Assembly (NCBI RefSeq): GCF_964204645.1
Contig: NC_134026.1
Location: 15,038,150 to 15,102,149, forward strand
DNA from: Tubulanus polymorphus
Lineage: Eukaryota > Animalia > Nemertea
Length of the DNA: 64,000 nucleotides
Reading direction: 5' to 3'
The translations under genes and the position numbers were made by a program. Positions 1-13,153 of the stretch are shown piece after piece. Every line of letters starts with the position of its first letter. The stretch's first letter is position 1. Under the pieces are notes generated by a model, which ran no database searches, was not told the origin of the DNA, and saw nothing but the letters and a program-made list of their open reading frames with translations.

Positions 1-240
1 GCCACTTGATATCAGTATAATCCACACACACGCACGCACGCACGACCCCTTGATTCAGGCCACTTCATATCAGGCTAACCCACGCACGCGGCCCCTCGAT
101 ACAGGCCACTTTATACATTGAAGAGTAATCCCCCATACAGCCAGCCCGACGATCCCGACACTTTTATACCAGGGTAATTTACGCACACGCGGCCCTACGA
201 TCCCATCAACTTTATATCGGAGTAATTCACGTGCACCTCC
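1..240. repeat. Degenerate ~60-bp tandem repeat
   Basis: Recurring unit gccactt(t/g)atatcag...cacgcacgcggccc(c)tcgat, about 4 copies. Confidence 0.5.
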
Positions 241-432
241 AACTTTAAGTCGTTGGAATTGTCGAAAAGTTAAGTTGGCAATATTAAATCGTCGGAATTA
301 TTGGCAAGTTGAGTCGGCAATTTTAAATCGTCGAAATTGTCGACAATTATAATAGGTCGGGAATTTTAAGTCGTCGGAATTGTCGACAAGAACAAAGGTT
401 GGCAATTTCAAATCGCCAGAATTGTCGACATT
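241..432. repeat. ~30-bp tandem repeat
   Basis: tt(t)aa(g/a)tcgtcggaattgtcgacaa repeated about 5 times. Confidence 0.55.
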
Positions 433-1499
433 AAAACAGGTCCCTACTCATGGATGTATACGTGCTATGTACTCAACCTGCGCAGATTTACTTTTATACC
501 TGTTCAGGCGTTGAGCCGGGACTTCTTTGAAATTGCTACTCCACCAGCATGAACATATTTCCTATCATATTCCCTGGTACCAGTGCAATCGCCGGGGAAT
601 GGATGTAATTCGTATATTGTGGAATTAGATTTGGACTGCGCATTTCAGACATTTGAACTACATATAACTCAGTTTTAAGTGACAGCTTATTACCCGGGCT
701 GTCTATTTCAATGGCTTTGCACCAAAATCAAATGCTCTCAGCGGATTTTCGTAATGTGAAATTTGATACTGGAACCATTGGACAGAGTACCAAACATAAA
801 TCTAGATGAATAATTAGCCAGAATGTTCTAGCGGGTTAAAAGCCCTGAAAAGAGAATCACTGAACAGTTTTGTTTGCTGTCAAAGTCGAAATAATTAAGT
901 CTTACTATTTGCCATTCTACAAGGAGAGATAAACTCATACTGGAAAAATCGGTTACGTCTCGTTTAAATCACTTTAGTCCCATACGGATAAAACATAGTA
1001 TTTTAAGCGTTTGGTTACTGTTCTTAAACAATGCAAAAACTAAGTTTTTTACGGGAACAAACTATGATTAACATATATTTTACAAAATGGATTGGCCGAG
1101 TGAGTGTGAACCTCAAATCATTGTGGCTATCACATTTTTTTTAGTTACTGCCAAATGGTGACCTTTTGATCCGGGCAATTTCCTGGGAAGAGAATATGGG
1201 TGTGTACACATGTATTGCTGGCAATGAGATTGGAGAGGATTCGGTGAATACATTTCTCTATCCGGTGAGTGTGATTGTAACGATATCCACTAAAATAATT
1301 CGAAAATGATATGATACGAAAGTAGACGAAATTTTCAACATCTGCACTTATTGACAAGTGATCAGCCAATTGCAATATGACAAATTGATGACGATGCATT
1401 CGAACGAGTTTCAAAGTATTTTGTAGTATTCTCAACCAGAATCATCACAAATCTATGCTCTCTTCGTCCCTATAACGAAATATTTACAGCGTTTGTTTT

Positions 1500-1892
1500 T
1501 GACGGTTCGACAGTTTGATGGTTTGACTATCGACGGTTCGGCAGTTCGACGATTCGATGATATATATGAAGATGCCGGCATATCTATATAGCAGAAGATC
1601 CCGCCAGAACACAGGATAGGATCTCGGCATATCTTTACAGGGGAGATCCCGGCACAACTATACAGAGGAAGATCCCAGCACAACTATACAAGGGAAGATC
1701 CGGGAAAAACTATGCAGGGGAAGATCCCGGCACAACACAGGAGATATATAGGGGATGGATTCCTTATATACTGTCGAATCGTCGAACCGTCAAACTGTCG
1801 AATTGTAAAGCTATAACGAACTTATTTGCGCTCCTTATTTACTATCGAACCGTCGAACTGTCGAATCGTCGAGCTCATTACCTATAGAACTG
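1500..1892. mobile_element. MITE-like remnant with inverted subterminal repeats and an internal ~29-bp array
   Basis: gacggttcga/ttcgacgattcga motifs at 1501-1558 are mirrored by tcgaatcgtcgaaccgtc at 1774-1872; internal ggaagatcccggcacaactataca repeats. Confidence 0.45.
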
Positions 1893-3960
1893 TAAAACTA
1901 TGTAAAAACTATGAAGAACTCGTGCGTAGTAATAAATTCATGTGCATCGCCCAAGGAACTAATTATCCCCTATACCTCAGTTGAGCCCAGTTTTCAATCG
2001 CGCAGATAGAAACTCAGCCCTGTGCAGATTATCTCCGAGTACTGATATTGTCGAAATTGGAGTCAGGAAGAAATATCATTAATCCATCGGCAATGGCCAT
2101 GCTTCCCGCGTTGACAAATTCATTATTCAATGCAACGTACCCCTGGGTTGAGTAAAACCTCTCTGGTTTTGCAGATTGAAACGGATATATAAAGGTCCAA
2201 TGGCCCTGTGGCTCACCATTAAATCATTTAGTGCATATATTGTCAAAAATATTATTCTAAATATAAATTAATTTGGATTGAAGATGTGAGGCTGACAATA
2301 TATGCGCCTGCGGATGTGTTAGAGTTCTGTGTATATTGCCGAGTCACTGTGCTATATATAGACTCGCTCATATAGACTTGCTCAGGTGATTACTAACACC
2401 CACAGCCATATACTGTAACCTATATTCGCACACACCCGGCTGACTGCTGACGCGCATATATACAAATGTACTAGCGACGCAGTATTAGATTGACTGCAAT
2501 TTCACAAGTCAGAATACCTCCATCCACAAAATGTCAAAAATATACAACATATACGGACTTTCTTTTCTAGAAATAGAAAAAATACCGGCTATGATTTTTT
2601 TCTTAAATGACTTGGAAGACCCACTAGGAACCCTGTCATTGGTATCGTCATACTTGCTAGTTGAGAATTGCAACTGAATTGAATAGCGTACTCGCTTATG
2701 TTCGTGTCAACGAACAAATTATAAGCAAACGTATGATACCTTATCGAATAAAATGTTCGCCATTTTGTCTTGGTTTTCACATTAGGCTTTCCCAATGGGC
2801 TTTCCCAATTACATCAGAGGCGCCGAAATTCCCGGAATTTCCCGTATATCCCACAAACAGCTAATCACATTCATTGTAACTCAGGTTACAAGGTCAACTC
2901 AAATAAATAGAGGGAATTTAGGGGGTTTATAAAGTGAGGGCCTGTAGGTCGAAAAGTACATTGAGATCAGTCGAACTAAACACGGCGACACTTCCAGGAA
3001 GGATTGAACATTTATATATTTCAATTGCAAGCATGAAAATTGTCATATATAAAAACGTGCCATTACTTAGTGCTAAAAAGCAGGGTTTTGCGTGTTTTTC
3101 AAGAATAAGTCCCCTAAAAATAACTCGATTACTATGAAATTTTTGTGGGCCCGAGAACTCATTTAGCCAAACTATGAAACTAAAAATCAACACAATCAAT
3201 TCAACAGCCAATGTTTGTGCCTTGTTGACACACCGGTACTCTATTCATTTTCAATGAAAACTGCTTCATCAGACCGTTTGCATAGGCAAACCTACGGTTC
3301 GCCAAAAATTAGCTAAAGCTTGATTTGGTTACCAGTATGGGGGGCATGATTAAATACCGTGACATAACCTAACATAACCTTACAAGAAGAAAATAATTCA
3401 TTCCATTAGATCACTAGGAAAAAGCCAAATATGATTTGTTCTATAATCCAATCGTGCCAACGGATGGCCATCAGATGATATCAGAAGAGAATATAATCAG
3501 CTGATTAAGCAAGTTTGATGATCAAATTGATTTCCAAGTCAATGCATGGAAATTGCTTAAATGAATCAAATAGACGCCACACGACGACCATCTTGATTGG
3601 CATCTGAAAATCCTTCACTCGCCTAATGGAAGTGGTTGTTGACTGCGAGGCAGGTAGGCAGGCAGGCAGGCAGCGTGAAAATAGCGAAAATGATTGTCTC
3701 AGTTTCGAATAAATGAATCGATATGGCTTGATTTTCTAGTTTTTGGGGAGCTACTTATTTCTAAATAAAGTTTTGTTCTAATGTGCTACTTGCATTACTG
3801 GTATTCGTTTGGAATTGGTAAAGAAAAACATCCCTCCCGCGTCCGTTCTATAAGTCTCGGGTTGAGCTTTTTATTTCACCTTTTTATTTAAAAAAGCAAT
3901 ATAAATAAAATCCGCCAGCCCTCGTCACTTTCCAGAAAAAAATCTGATGAGAAACTAGGG

Positions 3961-4335
3961 TGTTTCTTTGAGTGGAGTTCCAGGTACCAAAGAATCCAAG
4001 CCAATAATAATACTGCTGTCTGCATCTATGTTTCTTCCGTTTATTTTGCAATTAACTGCAAACAATATATAAAAACACAACATTGTTAGTGTTGAATTAC
4101 ACACGGATATAAAAATTTACGATATTTCGATTAACCTACCAACTGTATGTCCTATTTAATATGCAGTACTGATACAAATATATGTTCTAAGTACTTCCTG
4201 AAAGTTTCCACGTAGACAAAGAAAAGACATACTTCCGTGCTAAAACATGCTATTGTTAACTATCGACACGAACCGCCGTTTAGTATGCAATGCAACTACC
4301 ACAACAAAACATCGTTCATGGCTGCAAACTTAACA
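3961..4335 (-). mobile_element. Probable 3' LTR of the BEL/Pao element
   Basis: Minus-strand polypurine tract AAAGGGGGGAGGA (4336-4348) directly followed by TGTT at 4335; AATAAA near 4040; candidate ...AAACA end at 3961 (this boundary is uncertain). Confidence 0.55.
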
Positions 4336-6285
4336 TCCTCCCCCCTTTATTAGGACTCCGATAACAGGAAACTAAAAAGAATACTTTTCGACTCTCAACC
4401 TTTAACTAAAGAACCTACCTGTCATACGATATGCACTGTATGCGATACCTGACCAACTGAAACCCCATATCTCACCCAAATTCTGATACGAATAACCTAA
4501 CTTGCTTAAAACCGATTACATAATGTTATTACTACGTTTTACCTATAACAAAAAGTATGGGCCTTGAAGCATTGGTAGATTATACTGTGGTAAGGAATTA
4601 AGGGGTTAATGCTTTAATACTACTTTAATGCTACTTTTAATAGATCAATTAATACTGAATATGATACTAGCAATCTAGTTTACTTGTCTTCAGCTTCTAC
4701 TCGAACACACAACTTGTCTACCAGGCGCCGAAAAGTGCCACTCTTGGTTCTGACATATTCGAACTAGACCTTCTAAATCAGATTCAACGGAATCTACACT
4801 TCCTAATACCCAATAATTTCTAATCTTGTTGTCAACGATCAAAACAACATCATCCACTGTCACGTTGCGTCGCTTACGATACCATTTAGTACGCTCTTGT
4901 AATATTGGCAAGTATTCAGTTGACCACCGTCTCCAAAAAAAAATCTGTGAGGTACTGGACTTGACGCCATCGCCTTCTAGAATACACATCCTTGGGATCA
5001 AAGGTACCTATAGGAAATTCACTTTGTGAATTAGCAGCCAACAGATGATTTGGAGTAATCGGTAATGGATCTGACGGGTCTTCGGACACCTCTGTTAACG
5101 ATCGACTATTCACGATGCGCTTCGCCTCGCAAAACAAAGTTAACAGATCCTCATCGGACAAGTTGTTGTCTTGTCTTTGGAGCGAGTCAAGTACTTTTCG
5201 GACCGACCGGATCATGAGTTTTCAAACGCCTCCGAAGTAGGACCCGCTTGGTGGATTAAAATCCCATGATACACTGCGCTTGCTAAGAACAACTTCATTG
5301 CATCACTGTTCAAGGGTTAAACGCCACGCTTTAATTTGCCCCAACAAGGTTCGAACCGTTATCAGGCCTAATGTGCTCAACACCACCTCTACGCACCATA
5401 AATCGTCTTACCGCTTAAACACAGGAATCAGTATCGAGCGAGTGAGCTACTTCTAAATAAACAGCTCGACTGGCGAGGCATGTAAACAACACTCCGTATC
5501 TTTTGTATATAACAGGGCCTCGCTTGATCTCGAATGGGCCAAAATAATCCATTCCTGTGTGAAAAAAAGCATGGCTTCTCCGGGGTAAGACGTTCAGCAG
5601 GCAGACTGGCCATCTTCTGACTCGATGCCTTTCCATAATACTTTCGACAATCGACGCACTTGGAGCTGACCGTTCGTGACACCAGACCTGCATGTAGCAC
5701 CCAATATTTTTTTCTTACTTCCACAACCATAATTTTCGCCCCCACGTGTCCGACACACGTGCCTTTAAAAGCAGATACAATGTTTTGGGAACAATAACTT
5801 GATGTTTTGCAGAATCTGGCAACCAAGACATGTTCAATCACCCGCGTCTCGAATAATGGGATCCAGGCGAACCAATGGACTGGTTTTCTTGACCTGCTGA
5901 CCGTTGTTGATCGATGAAGTTTCTTCTTTGAAGCCCTGACCTTGGAAATACTAACTATTTCTGCCGCATCGAACTGTTCCTTAGTCACTTGCTTAGATTT
6001 TGCCACGTCAAAATTTTGCGAACTGGAAGACCGTTTCAAACCGACACGTATCAAAGCAACTGCCTGCTTTAAACTGATCAGCAAACTATATCGATTTACG
6101 ATATTTCATAATAGGGTCATGATTTTCCGTACTTCCGTTCACGTTAATATAATTGCTGGTTTAACCTCTAGGTCTGCAGAAGGCAGTTCTCGGTTTACTT
6201 TGACTGAGGGCCAGGTAGCTTCATTATAAGCCAAAATTGGTTGGCCGGTGAACCATCGAGAATTTTCCAAACATTCTGTAACGTT

Positions 6286-6437
6286 AGTAATAGGGAATAT
6301 GTTGCTCTAGATCAAAGATGGAAAGGTCGAGTGAGTAAAAAATGAAAAATAAATTCTCGCACACTCGAATTTATTTTTCATTTTCTACCCACTCAACCTC
6401 TCAACCTTTAATCTAGAACAACATATTACCTATTACT
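6286..6437. repeat. 152-bp terminal hairpin (71-bp stem, 10-nt loop)
   Basis: 6286-6356 is the reverse complement of 6367-6437 with 9 mismatches. Confidence 0.9.
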
Positions 6438-6729
6438 CTTAAAATATTCATATTTTAAAAGTGTGAGTAAAGTGTTAGCATAATAATCTAGAAAAATAAG
6501 ATCAAATATAGATTTCGAATAATAAAATATCAATTTTCAATATAAAAAGTGTGAGTAAAGTGCAAACATAAAAAAATGCGAGAAAAAGTAATGATTAATT
6601 AACGAGTTGTTAGAATTGAAATCAATTTTTAAACATAAAAAGTGTGAGCAGAGTGTGATTGAAATAATTCATATTTTAACATTGAATATTTATATTTGAA
6701 TGAGTTTTAATATAAGTTTTGTTATTAAA

Positions 6730-7367
6730 ATGAAGAAGGAAGAAGAAGAACCCAACTTCAATATCGAAATCAATGAAGCCAATAAATTATTTTCACAGTT
6801 TAACATTAGAAATTATATTTCAGCAACAAATTTAGTGTCCGCAAGGTATTATAAAATTGATAACATTACTATGATTAATCAAATATCATCAAATGAAACA
6901 TATTTAATTACTGAACTAATTGATACGTTTGATAATGGTGTAAAAAATCCTAAAATGTTCAATACAGTTTTAAATTTTAAAGGAACTTTAGATGAAAACA
7001 TAATAAATATTCTTAAAACTCCTTTCAATGAAAGAAAAAGTGATATAATACTTTCAAAAATAATAATGATTTGATTAACTTAAGAATTGAAAAAAGACAA
7101 TTATATTATTTCAATTTTGATAATAAACAAATTATCTATAATGAAAATTCATCAAATATTGGAATTCAATGTGAATTAGATAATGAAAAATCATTCAAAG
7201 ATACAGGAACTCAATGTAACTTAAATGATGAATTTAGAAAATTCAATCCTAATGAAAAAGTGTATTGTTATTGCGGAGGTAAATATTTGAAATCACATAA
7301 ATCAAAGCATTATCAGACAATTAAACATATCAATTATGAAAATAATAATAAATATATATTGAAATAA
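6730..7367 (+). pseudogene. Probable single ~210-aa ORF with C-terminal CxC..H....H zinc finger, split by a 1-nt frameshift
   Basis: ORFs 6700-7074 and 7071-7367 join if one A is added to the A run near 7056-7060; motif VYCYCGGKY...HKSKHYQTIKH. Confidence 0.6.
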
Positions 7368-9898
7368 GATTAAGCTGTATGTTTCAAATATATAGTAGTT
7401 AAAGCATGGAGAAATTAGTTAATGAATAACTGTTAGGTAGTAAGTTTAATTGTTATTTGATTTGAAACATATAAAAGTTTAATATTTCTAAGATATTAAA
7501 TATTTATCAATTTGATAATTTTTTTCTTAAATAAATGTATGATTTCAACATACCAACTGGAAGTAGTGATTTGAAGCATTATTTCATTTTTTACTCACTC
7601 GACCATTCGACCTTTGATCTAGACTAACATATTCCCTATTACTAACGTTCTGAAGACCACGTGAAGCATCGCCGGCTGGGTTTAATTCCGTCGGGACATG
7701 GCGCCATATTTCTGGACTGCTGCCACTTCTAATGAAGTTGACTCTGTTCGCCACAATTGTCTGGTACCTGGCGCTCGTGTTTGAAATGTAATGTAACGCA
7801 TTCTGACTGTCGGTCAAGTATACAATCTTGTCAATGGGCAAAGTCATGTTTTCGACAATCATTTTGTTTTGTTGGACAGCTAACTTGGCAGCGGTAAGCT
7901 CCAAACGTAGAACTGTAATCTTTTTCCAGGGACACATTCTAGGCTTGGACACCACTATACGACTTGTAGCTTGCCCATATTTGTTGACCGAAGATATGTT
8001 ACGACACCATATTGCCTCTCGCTAGCGTCAGCAAAGTGATGTAATTCGTATTTCCACGAGCCACCGGCGATTTCGGGCTTGATACATCTTGGCAATTCTA
8101 ACTTCTCCAAAATCTTAATGCCACGTTTCCATTGATCCCATTTTCTTTTTTTGCACGTCATTAATTTCATTATCCCAGCCAAGTCGAGATCGACTTAACT
8201 CCTGCAGTAAGAGTTTAGCAGACAATAAGCCTAATGGGTCGTATATTGATTCGACGAATGCCAAGATTCCACGACGAGTGTACGCGCTTTCCTTGAGTGA
8301 AACTAGAAACTCGAGGTATCACGTTGTACGTTCCACTGTATTCCAAAAGCATTTTCTGTAGGTAATTCATGCTCCAATGTAACATCGGTTATTGATTCTG
8401 GGCGGGAATCCTTAGGCAAATTCTTAATGACCACTATGCTATTACTAATCACATCGTGCAGACGAAATCCACCCTCCTTGCACAGTTCAATTACTCCGCG
8501 ACACAAAGCTGCCGCTCCCAGATCATCGTCATCAGTAGATCAGCAGACTGTACTTAATTGGGGATGCGTTTCTTGCTGTCTTGAGTAGTGTCACCGTTTG
8601 GAAACCACCAAAAACGCAAGGAGTCTCTCTGTTCCGGTACGCGGTACGCTGCAGTGGTAATACATGGCTTCAATATCAGCCGTGAATGCTAACCTTTCCT
8701 TGAACCGTAACAACACGCCAAACAAGTCATTAGTGAGGTTGGGAGTAGGTAGCAATGTATCGTTCAGGCTTACTCCAGAGCAACGCGCCGAACAATCGAA
8801 GACCACTCGAATTTCGTTCTTCCGAGGATGGTAAACACCGTGGTGAGGGATACACCAACAAGTTGACACCATGAACTCAAATTCGAGGACTCGTTTTGCA
8901 TAACCCTTTTCAAGCAGCTTGTTCATGAATGTAGTGTAGTCGTCGGCATACTTACAATCACCGTCCATTTTTCTTCTTACAGATGACAAACGTTTCAGAG
9001 CAGCTGATTTATTTGGTGGCAACATTGTTTCCTCTGATTTGAATGGCATACACAGCAGCTCATATTTTCCATCAACTTTCTTAACATTAGAGGTCAAATC
9101 TCTTAGGAACAACTTGTCCTCTACCGACAACTGTTGCTTGTCATCAGTAAGTCATTCCGGGATATCGATATCTACAGTCTTCTGAACCAGTTCAACTAAA
9201 AGCTGCACGTTGTTGACCACATGCCGGGTTCGTGCAGAGACGTTGGCAGAGCCAGCGTGAGCGAGATTCTATAAAAGCCAACCCAACCTTGTTTTCACGG
9301 CATGCGGGTTTCCATCTGGACCCGTTCTAATATCAACGAGTAAGTACGCGTCGGGCACATTATTTCCCAGCAGGAGCATTATGTCAGCATTCACTTCATT
9401 CAGTTCGACATCTACGAGTTGAGGCCATTTCTCGATGTCACTTTTTACAGGAAAACGGTCCTTTCCAACAGGGATACTTTCTATTGAATACGTTGTAGGT
9501 AGCCGCATCGGCGTGCCACCCTTTAAGAATCTGTAATCCTTATACGACGTCACCAAATTATAGCCTTGAGGAGATGACGTAGTTCCAATGTCTAGTGTGC
9601 GCTGTCGCCCATTGCATCCCAACACATGGATCAATCGACTAGATCAAAGGGTCATGCTGCTACCGAGTTTCTAAAGATGCGTACACGATTAGTTCCTCGC
9701 CACTGTTGACGTGTGAAACCATCACCGGGATGACAGCAGTGGTACAAGTAGAACCAGCAACCTCGTGATCGGTGGTAGTTGAAGTCGGAATAAGGCTGAA
9801 AGCGTCCGATGATCTGTTGGGTTGGTTCTCTCTGTCGGTGCTCAATGTGTTTAAGTTGTCAACTTTTGATTGTTTGATGGGCTTAAATACGTGAAATA

Positions 9899-12378
9899 CA
9901 CTCTTAGAACAAAGGGTTCTACCGTAGAACCTTTAGGGGTTCTTGGGCTTGCCTCCCAGGGAGAACCCCTGAAGGTTCTTCAAAGAACCTTTTTTGTAGG
10001 GTTCCTTGAAGAACCCCTGGTAAAGGTTCTTTGAAGAACCATTTCGTATAAAGGGTTCTTGTTAGAACCCTTTCAATATTGTCAAATGGTTCTTGACAGG
10101 GTTCTTGGGAGAACCATTTAAAGGTAATTTATTTTAGGGTTCCTCAATCATTTTTTGACTGCTCAAGCTGTTCATGATTTGTCCATCCTCTGTTATGTTT
10201 GACTGCTCCCTTAATCCTCATGTGGATAAAAAAACTGATGATAAGAATCGCGTAAAATTAACATCATATAAACCTTTTTTATTATAAAATCTCATGAATT
10301 GAAATATTAATGATAAATATATTTACAATAAATGATACAAAAATAGTTTCACTAATTGGTTACATGTACAATAAGATTGAAAGATGGAGAATTTTTTTCA
10401 TTGCGCTAATCGCTTGGTATCTTAAATCGGTTGGGATTTTTTCCACACTAAGTCTAAAACAAAATGTTTTGAGAATATCTAAGTTTTTTAAAAGTTAGTT
10501 GTATAACATGTAAGATGATATGCTAAACGTATAATAGGCCGACTTATGGCAGGCCACTCCGCTTATTAAGAATCTGTCCACTTTCAATTAACTATAAGCC
10601 ATCTTCTTACATATGTTTGTTTCAACGCGCTGCCACCCTCGCAACCTTTCAACCGCAGCGTCCGGATTGTAGTCGTATATTTCCTGAAATATAAATAATA
10701 TTGAGAACAATTAATGGTGTAATAAAATCGATTATGTTTTGCAATAATGCACACTGCAAGTAAATCTAAACACTTTCTTGTATTACATGCATAAGTTCCA
10801 AATACATTTATCAGTAGAAAAGACAAACGGTTAAAGTTAACAGTGGGATTAGATTCAGAAAAATACAAACCTTTTTAATGGTTTTCAGGTCTTTCGCATC
10901 CTCTCTCAAAATCCCTGGTAATACGTGAAGCTCTGCTGTTCTCATCATATCTGAAAACCAGTGAATATGTAGATTGAAAATGATTATCTTCTATCAAAAT
11001 ACAGTCACACAATAAAGGCTCATTGAGTCAAAATTTACTAACCTGTTTCTGCAATTTCGCTGCTTCGAAGGAAGGAAGCGACACGATTGCCATGTGTACA
11101 GACTTCGTACATTTCTATAATTCTTTCCGCCATAGTTCCGAGATTTCAAAAACATATTTTGCACCGCGGTCTCACAATATGGTCAACTTCCATGGAACAA
11201 TTTCTATAATACAAAAGTAATGGGAAAGTTTTAAATAATAATTATGGCTGATCTGATTCCGAGTCACTCCGGCTTTATGGCCTATATTTCATATATTTCA
11301 AATATCACAAATGTTATATACATTCATTGAATACAACTTACCAGAATTAATTCACATTTCCAAGCTCCAGATATTCATCTTACAAAACAACGAAAAGAAC
11401 GAGTCGATATACTATATGCACTATGCACTGAGCAAAGTTTGTATGAGTCGTGGTGGCAGATAATTATACAACAGTTAGTTGCATGAACAAAGGAATAATT
11501 GCCTGATCATGTACACATGGCCTATAGGCACGAAACTACAATAGCATGATACTTATTAGGCCTAAAGCATTACGTTACTTTGAATTTCCACTATACTCTA
11601 TGTTTTTATTCAACAAAAAATGTACAAAGACTTCGACTGAATGTTTTGATAGAAATTGAGCCGAAAATACACACAATTCTCATTTTTGAGTTGCATTAGA
11701 ACTTTGAATTAACTAGTTCTTTTTAAACTGCACAGTCCATTCAGAAATCAGAAACGCCTAGAGTTTAGAAGAGTTTAATTGTTTTTTTAAAGCATTAAAA
11801 AGCATTGTTCTTTTCTCTGCCGTCTCTCCATAAAACCTAGTCGATGTCTCAGACTAGCAAATCAAGTTATTCAGTCTCTACATATTATTATCAGTCGATG
11901 TCGCAGACTAGCAAATCAAGTTATTCAATCTCTACATATTATTATCACACGTTAAAGGCATTCACCACTGATTTTAAACATACGACTTTTTAAATCTTAA
12001 AGAACGAATTAAAAAAAAGGTTCATTAATTTTAAAAATGCATCCTTGTCGCACACGGTCACCATTTTTTAAATATTGTGATGATACATAGTAAATTGTTT
12101 TCAAAGTTAACCCAATTCTAATTTCCAGTCAAAATGTTTTGTATATAACCTACACCACATAGAAAATCAGTTATATTCATCAGCTATACTAATTATTCCC
12201 TGTTGCAGGTCTACTTAATTCTTAATTGACAATTGTGACCACATTAGGGTTCTTATAAGAACCCTTATGTCTCGAAGAACCCCAATCTACATTTCATATT
12301 GTTGAAGCACCTCAAAGCCTCACCAAGAACCCCAAGGTTCTTCGAAGAACCCCCGAAGAACCATTTGTTCTAAGAGTG
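9899..12378. mobile_element. Non-autonomous CACT-terminal TIR DNA transposon (EnSpm/CMC-like)
   Basis: TIR CACTCTTAGAACAAA(g/t)GGTTCT at both ends; TA duplicated at 9897-9898 and 12379-12380; many GGTTCT/AGAACC subterminal repeats; removing it rejoins BEL gag. Confidence 0.85.
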
Positions 12379-12556
12379 TACGGTTACGTGCAATCTGTCA
12401 CAGTCTTTTATTGTACACTTCAATCGACTACCACACTTAGCTGCTACATGTCCGGAAACGCCGCCTCCAAAACACAACCCGTTCAATTGAAACTATTTCA
12501 TTCTGTCGTCTAAGGATTTCTTCAAGAATTTGAAACACTGGTCGATCCAATGATTA

Positions 12557-13153
12557 TTATTAAATTCAATTTAATCTAATATCTTAATTTCGTACCGAAG
12601 AGTACAACGCTCATTGAGCTGGAGAAAGACACGATATTTACAGCATGTACAGTACATGAGGCATTAGAAAAGTAATATTATTCAGCATTCCTATCACCAT
12701 ATAGTAATACCAGTATGTGATCTATTCAAGACATATATACTTAACATGTGCAAAAGTAATCTAAAAATGTAGATACTTCACTATAAGTGAAATTGGTAAT
12801 CAGTTAATTCAGAAGTTCCATTATAGTTGTTGATGTATGGTTTGTCAGTATGGTTATATGATTGAAAGATTATAGGGAATTTGCTTTTTAAATCATATTT
12901 GTCAAAGCGATAATTATTTGAGATGAAATTGATGGATCAAGACGAGGCTGAATTAATGTCTTTAAGAGCTAGTAGGGAACAGAACGAAACAAGTAAATTG
13001 GGGCTATTTATTGATTTGTGAATGTATTCAAGAAATCTATTATGGAGTTGGATGTCTATGTATGAATCATCATTGAATAATCAATAAGTAGGCTACAATA
13101 GAAAGATGTACAAAATGTCTTGAATAGTCTAAACTTAACATTAATATCCAAGA
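12557..13153 (-). pseudogene. 3' end of a CR1/L2-clade LINE (RT C-terminus and tail)
   Basis: Minus strand reads LDINVKFRLFKTFCTSFYCS; ends in an AATAAT-like tail near 12555. Confidence 0.6.

Larger units (their letters stand above)
6286..7643 (+). mobile_element. 1,358-bp non-autonomous Polinton-type mini-element
   Basis: Termini AGTAATAGGGAATATGTT / AACATATTCCCTATTACT; ~60-bp TIR; perfect 6-bp TSD AACGTT (6280-6285, 7644-7649); AT-rich island inside BEL pol. Confidence 0.88.
4690..12555 (-). pseudogene. BEL/Pao LTR retrotransposon gag-pol, decayed and interrupted by two insertions
   Basis: Integrase [43 protein letters not shown]; RNase H-like ELHHFADASE..YG and RLELTAA; RT IPHHGVYHPRK..IRVVFDCSA..SLND and ADIEAMY; protease-region AVKTRLGW; Gag Zn knuckle LCFG...GH...C....C....C..LH.T.FH at 12381-12490; many stops and frameshifts. 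Confidence 0.92.

Noticed and set aside
1145-3211. Short ORFs in the first 3.2 kb, and antisense ORFs over TE genes elsewhere
   Set aside because: No motifs; consistent with chance or shadow ORFs
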